Sequence record: SRR20825006_2271
DNA length: 20,000 nucleotides
Reading direction: 5' to 3' (one strand)
The translations under genes and the position numbers were made by a program. Each line of letters begins with the position of its first letter. The first letter of the stretch is position 1. The notes under the pieces are model-generated. The model ran no database searches and was not told the DNA's origin. It worked only from the letters and a program-made list of their open reading frames with translations. This document shows, one piece after another, positions 17,684 to 20,000 of the stretch.

Positions 17684-18208
17684 TTAATTCCAGTTTTCAT
17701 CAAAGTCGAGGCCTTCATAATCTTCAATATCGTAATCATCGTCATCATCAGCAAAAGGATCGTCCTCATCAAAATCATCTTCGTCTCCAGAAAAATCTGC
17801 CGGTGGCGCTTCCGCAGGAATCTGACCGTGTACATACATCAAGTTAGGATAAGAAACACCGTCCTGAGGTTCTGCAATTTCAGCCAATTCAACAAAAAAC
17901 GTCCACAGATTTAAAAAGTCATACACGTAGATTAGACGCGTTTGATCTTCAGAAAGTACATCTTCTAGCAAGGTCTCATTCATCATACGCAAGGGCAAAT
18001 CTGACTCGCTCATATCAAATAGCGGAATTTCTTCGCCCTGACGCCACTCATCATCACTGATGTAAAAAGAAGCCATCTCGGTGCCGTCAAATCCAAAACT
18101 TTGCGTGATGGTATTATGAAAATCTTCGCAAGTGGCTTGCTGTTCGATTTCAATGTCTCTGAAGATATCTTCTTCAGTATCCAGGATGACGCGGAAACGA
18201 TAAATCAT
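17684..18208 (-). CDS. pRiA4b ORF-3-like (IS1096 passenger TnpR-like) protein with acidic tail
   Basis: 174 aa. YRFRV.L....IFRDIEI....T.EDFH..I..SFGF and LIYVYDFLNLWTFFVEL are family hallmarks. The C-terminal ~35 aa are Asp/Glu-rich. Confidence 0.75.
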   Translation of the reverse strand: MIYRFRVILDTEEDIFRDIEIEQQATCEDFHNTITQSFGFDGTEMASFYISDDEWRQGEEIPLFDMSESDLPLRMMNETLLEDVLSEDQTRLIYVYDFLNLWTFFVELAEIAEPQDGVSYPNLMYVHGQIPAEAPPADFSGDEDDFDEDDPFADDDDDYDIEDYEGLDFDENWN

Positions 18209-18223
18209 AATCTAATTTTTAGG

Positions 18224-18231
18224 CAAATTTA
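18224..18231 (-). promoter_or_regulatory. Bacteroidota primary-sigma -7 box for the pRiA4b-like / nucleoid protein genes
   Basis: Minus-strand TAAATTTG is an exact TAnnTTTG match 15 nt upstream of ATG 18208. No clean TTTG -33 box at canonical spacing. Confidence 0.55.
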
Positions 18232-18505
18232 TAACTTCAAAATAGGTAATAGCAGTAAATAACTAAAATCTATTTTCTTAATTATTAAGTGTGTTTTTTA
18301 AATATACAGGCCGAAAAAAAACGAGCAAATTTCAAGATTTTCAGCCAAAAGCTTTTTTGTTGCAACCGTCAAAGGGTTTACTTATTCATTCTTATATCTC
18401 AATGACGACTCGAAATTGAAAACTCGCTTTCAAGCAATGCCTCATAAGGTAGCCCTAGATAGTTTATCTAAAAAAGGGCGGCGAATATACAATTTAGCCG
18501 AAAGC

Positions 18506-19528
18506 TTAAGCTAGTTCTATACTTTTTTCTTTTCGGGTTGCTGTAAGCAGAATATAGAATTGAATTCCGAATAAAACCGAAGCGACAACCAAATGTATCG
18601 GCTGCGTCAAAAATGGAAATTCAAAATAATTCATCAATACTCCGGTCGCAATTTCGATTAAAATTAAAAGAACCACCCAATTGAAACTGTGGTGTCCTAG
18701 ATTCAATTTTTTAGTGCGTATAAACAACCACGCATTCAAGAGAAATACGATAATAGAGAAGGAGCGGTGAATGTAAAAAGTGATTTCAGGATTTTCTAGC
18801 CACAAACCTTTTGCAGCATAGCCTACAAGATCTACTTGCTCATCAATATGCTGCCGCACCTGCGTACCCAGTATAATCTGGATCATTGTAAGTACAATAG
18901 CGATACTCATCCCATTTCTAAACGCCTTGTCAAACGGATACTTGTGTTTGATTTTAGACGATTCATAGAGCATATAAATCAATAGCGCCACAATGAGCAG
19001 TGCGATCACCATATGAATCGTGATGCGCACGGGAGAAAGCACAGAGTAGACCACAGTTGCTCCAACCCATCCTTGAAAACCGATGAGGAATACTGCAAAA
19101 AGAGAGAGTAAGATGCGCTTACGCTTACATTCTTTAAAAATTGCTGCACCCAACATCACTAAAAAAGCCAATCCGGCGAGCGCTCCACATAGGCGATTGA
19201 TATACTCAATCCACGTGTGCCACGGATTAAAAATGGCATAATCGTGTTTTTCGTAACCGTTCCAATTTTGAGGATTAAAGGTTTCAGTAGTAGTGAAATC
19301 TGACTTTGCCACGCGTAAGGTTTCTTCAACAATGATCACCTGACCTTTTTCATAGGTTCTTCCGGGAGTCCATTCTAATTCAGTTTCAGAAGTAGGAGGA
19401 ATAATGTACCCAAAACATTTTGGCCAGTCAGGGCAACCCATTCCGCTGCCAGTCATTCGTACTACAGCTCCGGCGATTATAACCAGATAAATCAGAACCA
19501 GAGCAACAATTATAGATTTTCTATACAC
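18506..19528 (-). CDS. ctaA: Heme A synthase (COX15/CtaA family), variant
   Basis: 340 aa, about 8 TM helices. GAVVRMTGSGMGCPDWPKC (type 1 Cys pair), EYINR, QGWVG, ITIHM, LGTQVR, YIHR and PIHL. Confidence 0.88.
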   Translation of the reverse strand: MYRKSIIVALVLIYLVIIAGAVVRMTGSGMGCPDWPKCFGYIIPPTSETELEWTPGRTYEKGQVIIVEETLRVAKSDFTTTETFNPQNWNGYEKHDYAIFNPWHTWIEYINRLCGALAGLAFLVMLGAAIFKECKRKRILLSLFAVFLIGFQGWVGATVVYSVLSPVRITIHMVIALLIVALLIYMLYESSKIKHKYPFDKAFRNGMSIAIVLTMIQIILGTQVRQHIDEQVDLVGYAAKGLWLENPEITFYIHRSFSIIVFLLNAWLFIRTKKLNLGHHSFNWVVLLILIEIATGVLMNYFEFPFLTQPIHLVVASVLFGIQFYILLTATRKEKSIELA

Positions 19529-19549
19529 GATTTTAAACGTATTGAATAA

Positions 19550-20000
19550 TTAACTTTTTACAGCTTCCAGACCTAACTCTTCGCCTTTTTTCAACATAAA
19601 GGCGTGGGCGGCTTCATATTCATTAGGGATCTCTCCTTCAAGAATCGCTTCTTTAATCGCTTCTTTGATGATCCCGATTTCCTTTGAAGGTTGTAAGTCG
19701 AATGTGCTCATAATTTCTTCACCACTTACCGGTGGTTGAAAATTACGCACGTGATCACGCTCCTCAACTTCTTCGATCTTTTGTCGCACCGTCTTGAAGT
19801 TGTTATGGTATTTTCGGTAGCGCTTAGGATTTTTAGTCGTAATATCTGCCTCGCAAAGTGTCATCAACGATTCCAGATAATCGCCGGCATCAAAAATGAG
19901 GCGACGTACGGCACTATCAGTGACAAAATCTTCGGCGATAACGATGGGTCGCGAACTCATCAAAACTAACTTTTGAACGAATTTCATTTTTTCATTCAAT
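19550..20000 (-). CDS. CCA tRNA nucleotidyltransferase / HD-domain protein, C-terminal part (5' end outside window)
   Basis: [47 protein letters not shown] resemble the C-terminus of Bacteroidota CCA-adding enzymes. The frame is open to the window edge. Confidence 0.8.
   Translation of the reverse strand, partial: LNEKMKFVQKLVLMSSRPIVIAEDFVTDSAVRRLIFDAGDYLESLMTLCEADITTKNPKRYRKYHNNFKTVRQKIEEVEERDHVRNFQPPVSGEEIMSTFDLQPSKEIGIIKEAIKEAILEGEIPNEYEAAHAFMLKKGEELGLEAVKS

Noticed and set aside
17684..18208. Mobile element implied by the pRiA4b/IS1096 passenger family name
   Set aside because: No transposase, terminal repeats or compositional shift, and the gene sits among core genes.
1943..19969. Other short ORFs in the track (e.g. 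1943..2200, 2931..3251, 4493..4768, 5579..5872, 15003..15323, 17678..17914, 19736..19969)
   Set aside because: All overlap longer, motif-supported genes in another frame or strand and show no recognisable protein features.
1..20000. CRISPR array, tRNA/rRNA, prophage or integrase
   Set aside because: No regularly spaced direct repeats, cloverleaf or rRNA signatures, or phage/recombinase motifs. All intergenic gaps are under 300 nt.

Overview
Chromosomal window from a Bacteroidota, most likely a marine Flavobacteriaceae (about 40% GC by eye, a T9SS type-B C-terminal domain, TAnnTTTG promoter boxes, Gln after signal peptides). Left to right: a minus-strand cluster of two secreted metallopeptidases (M28, M1) and a YdeI/OmpD-family gene missing from the ORF track; a fused trehalose-6-phosphate synthase/phosphatase divergent from a GH15 hydrolase; an AT-rich SGNH acetylesterase lipoprotein that looks inserted; an unannotated protein with atypical (HipA/PI3K-like) kinase motifs; an ABC-2 exporter pair behind an ECF-sigma-like promoter; a large T9SS cargo protein; uvrB; a NdpA/YejK-like nucleoid protein with a very acidic pRiA4b-ORF3-like partner; a variant heme A synthase; and the 3' end of a CCA-adding enzyme. 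I found no rRNA, tRNA, CRISPR array, transposase or recognisable defence system, so this is mostly core genome. The best leads are the cryptic kinase, the CtaA with a His-to-Asn change and an inserted CBM5/12-like loop, and a reciprocal His/Asp swap in the M28 active site. All family calls come from motif recognition by eye; no searches were run.
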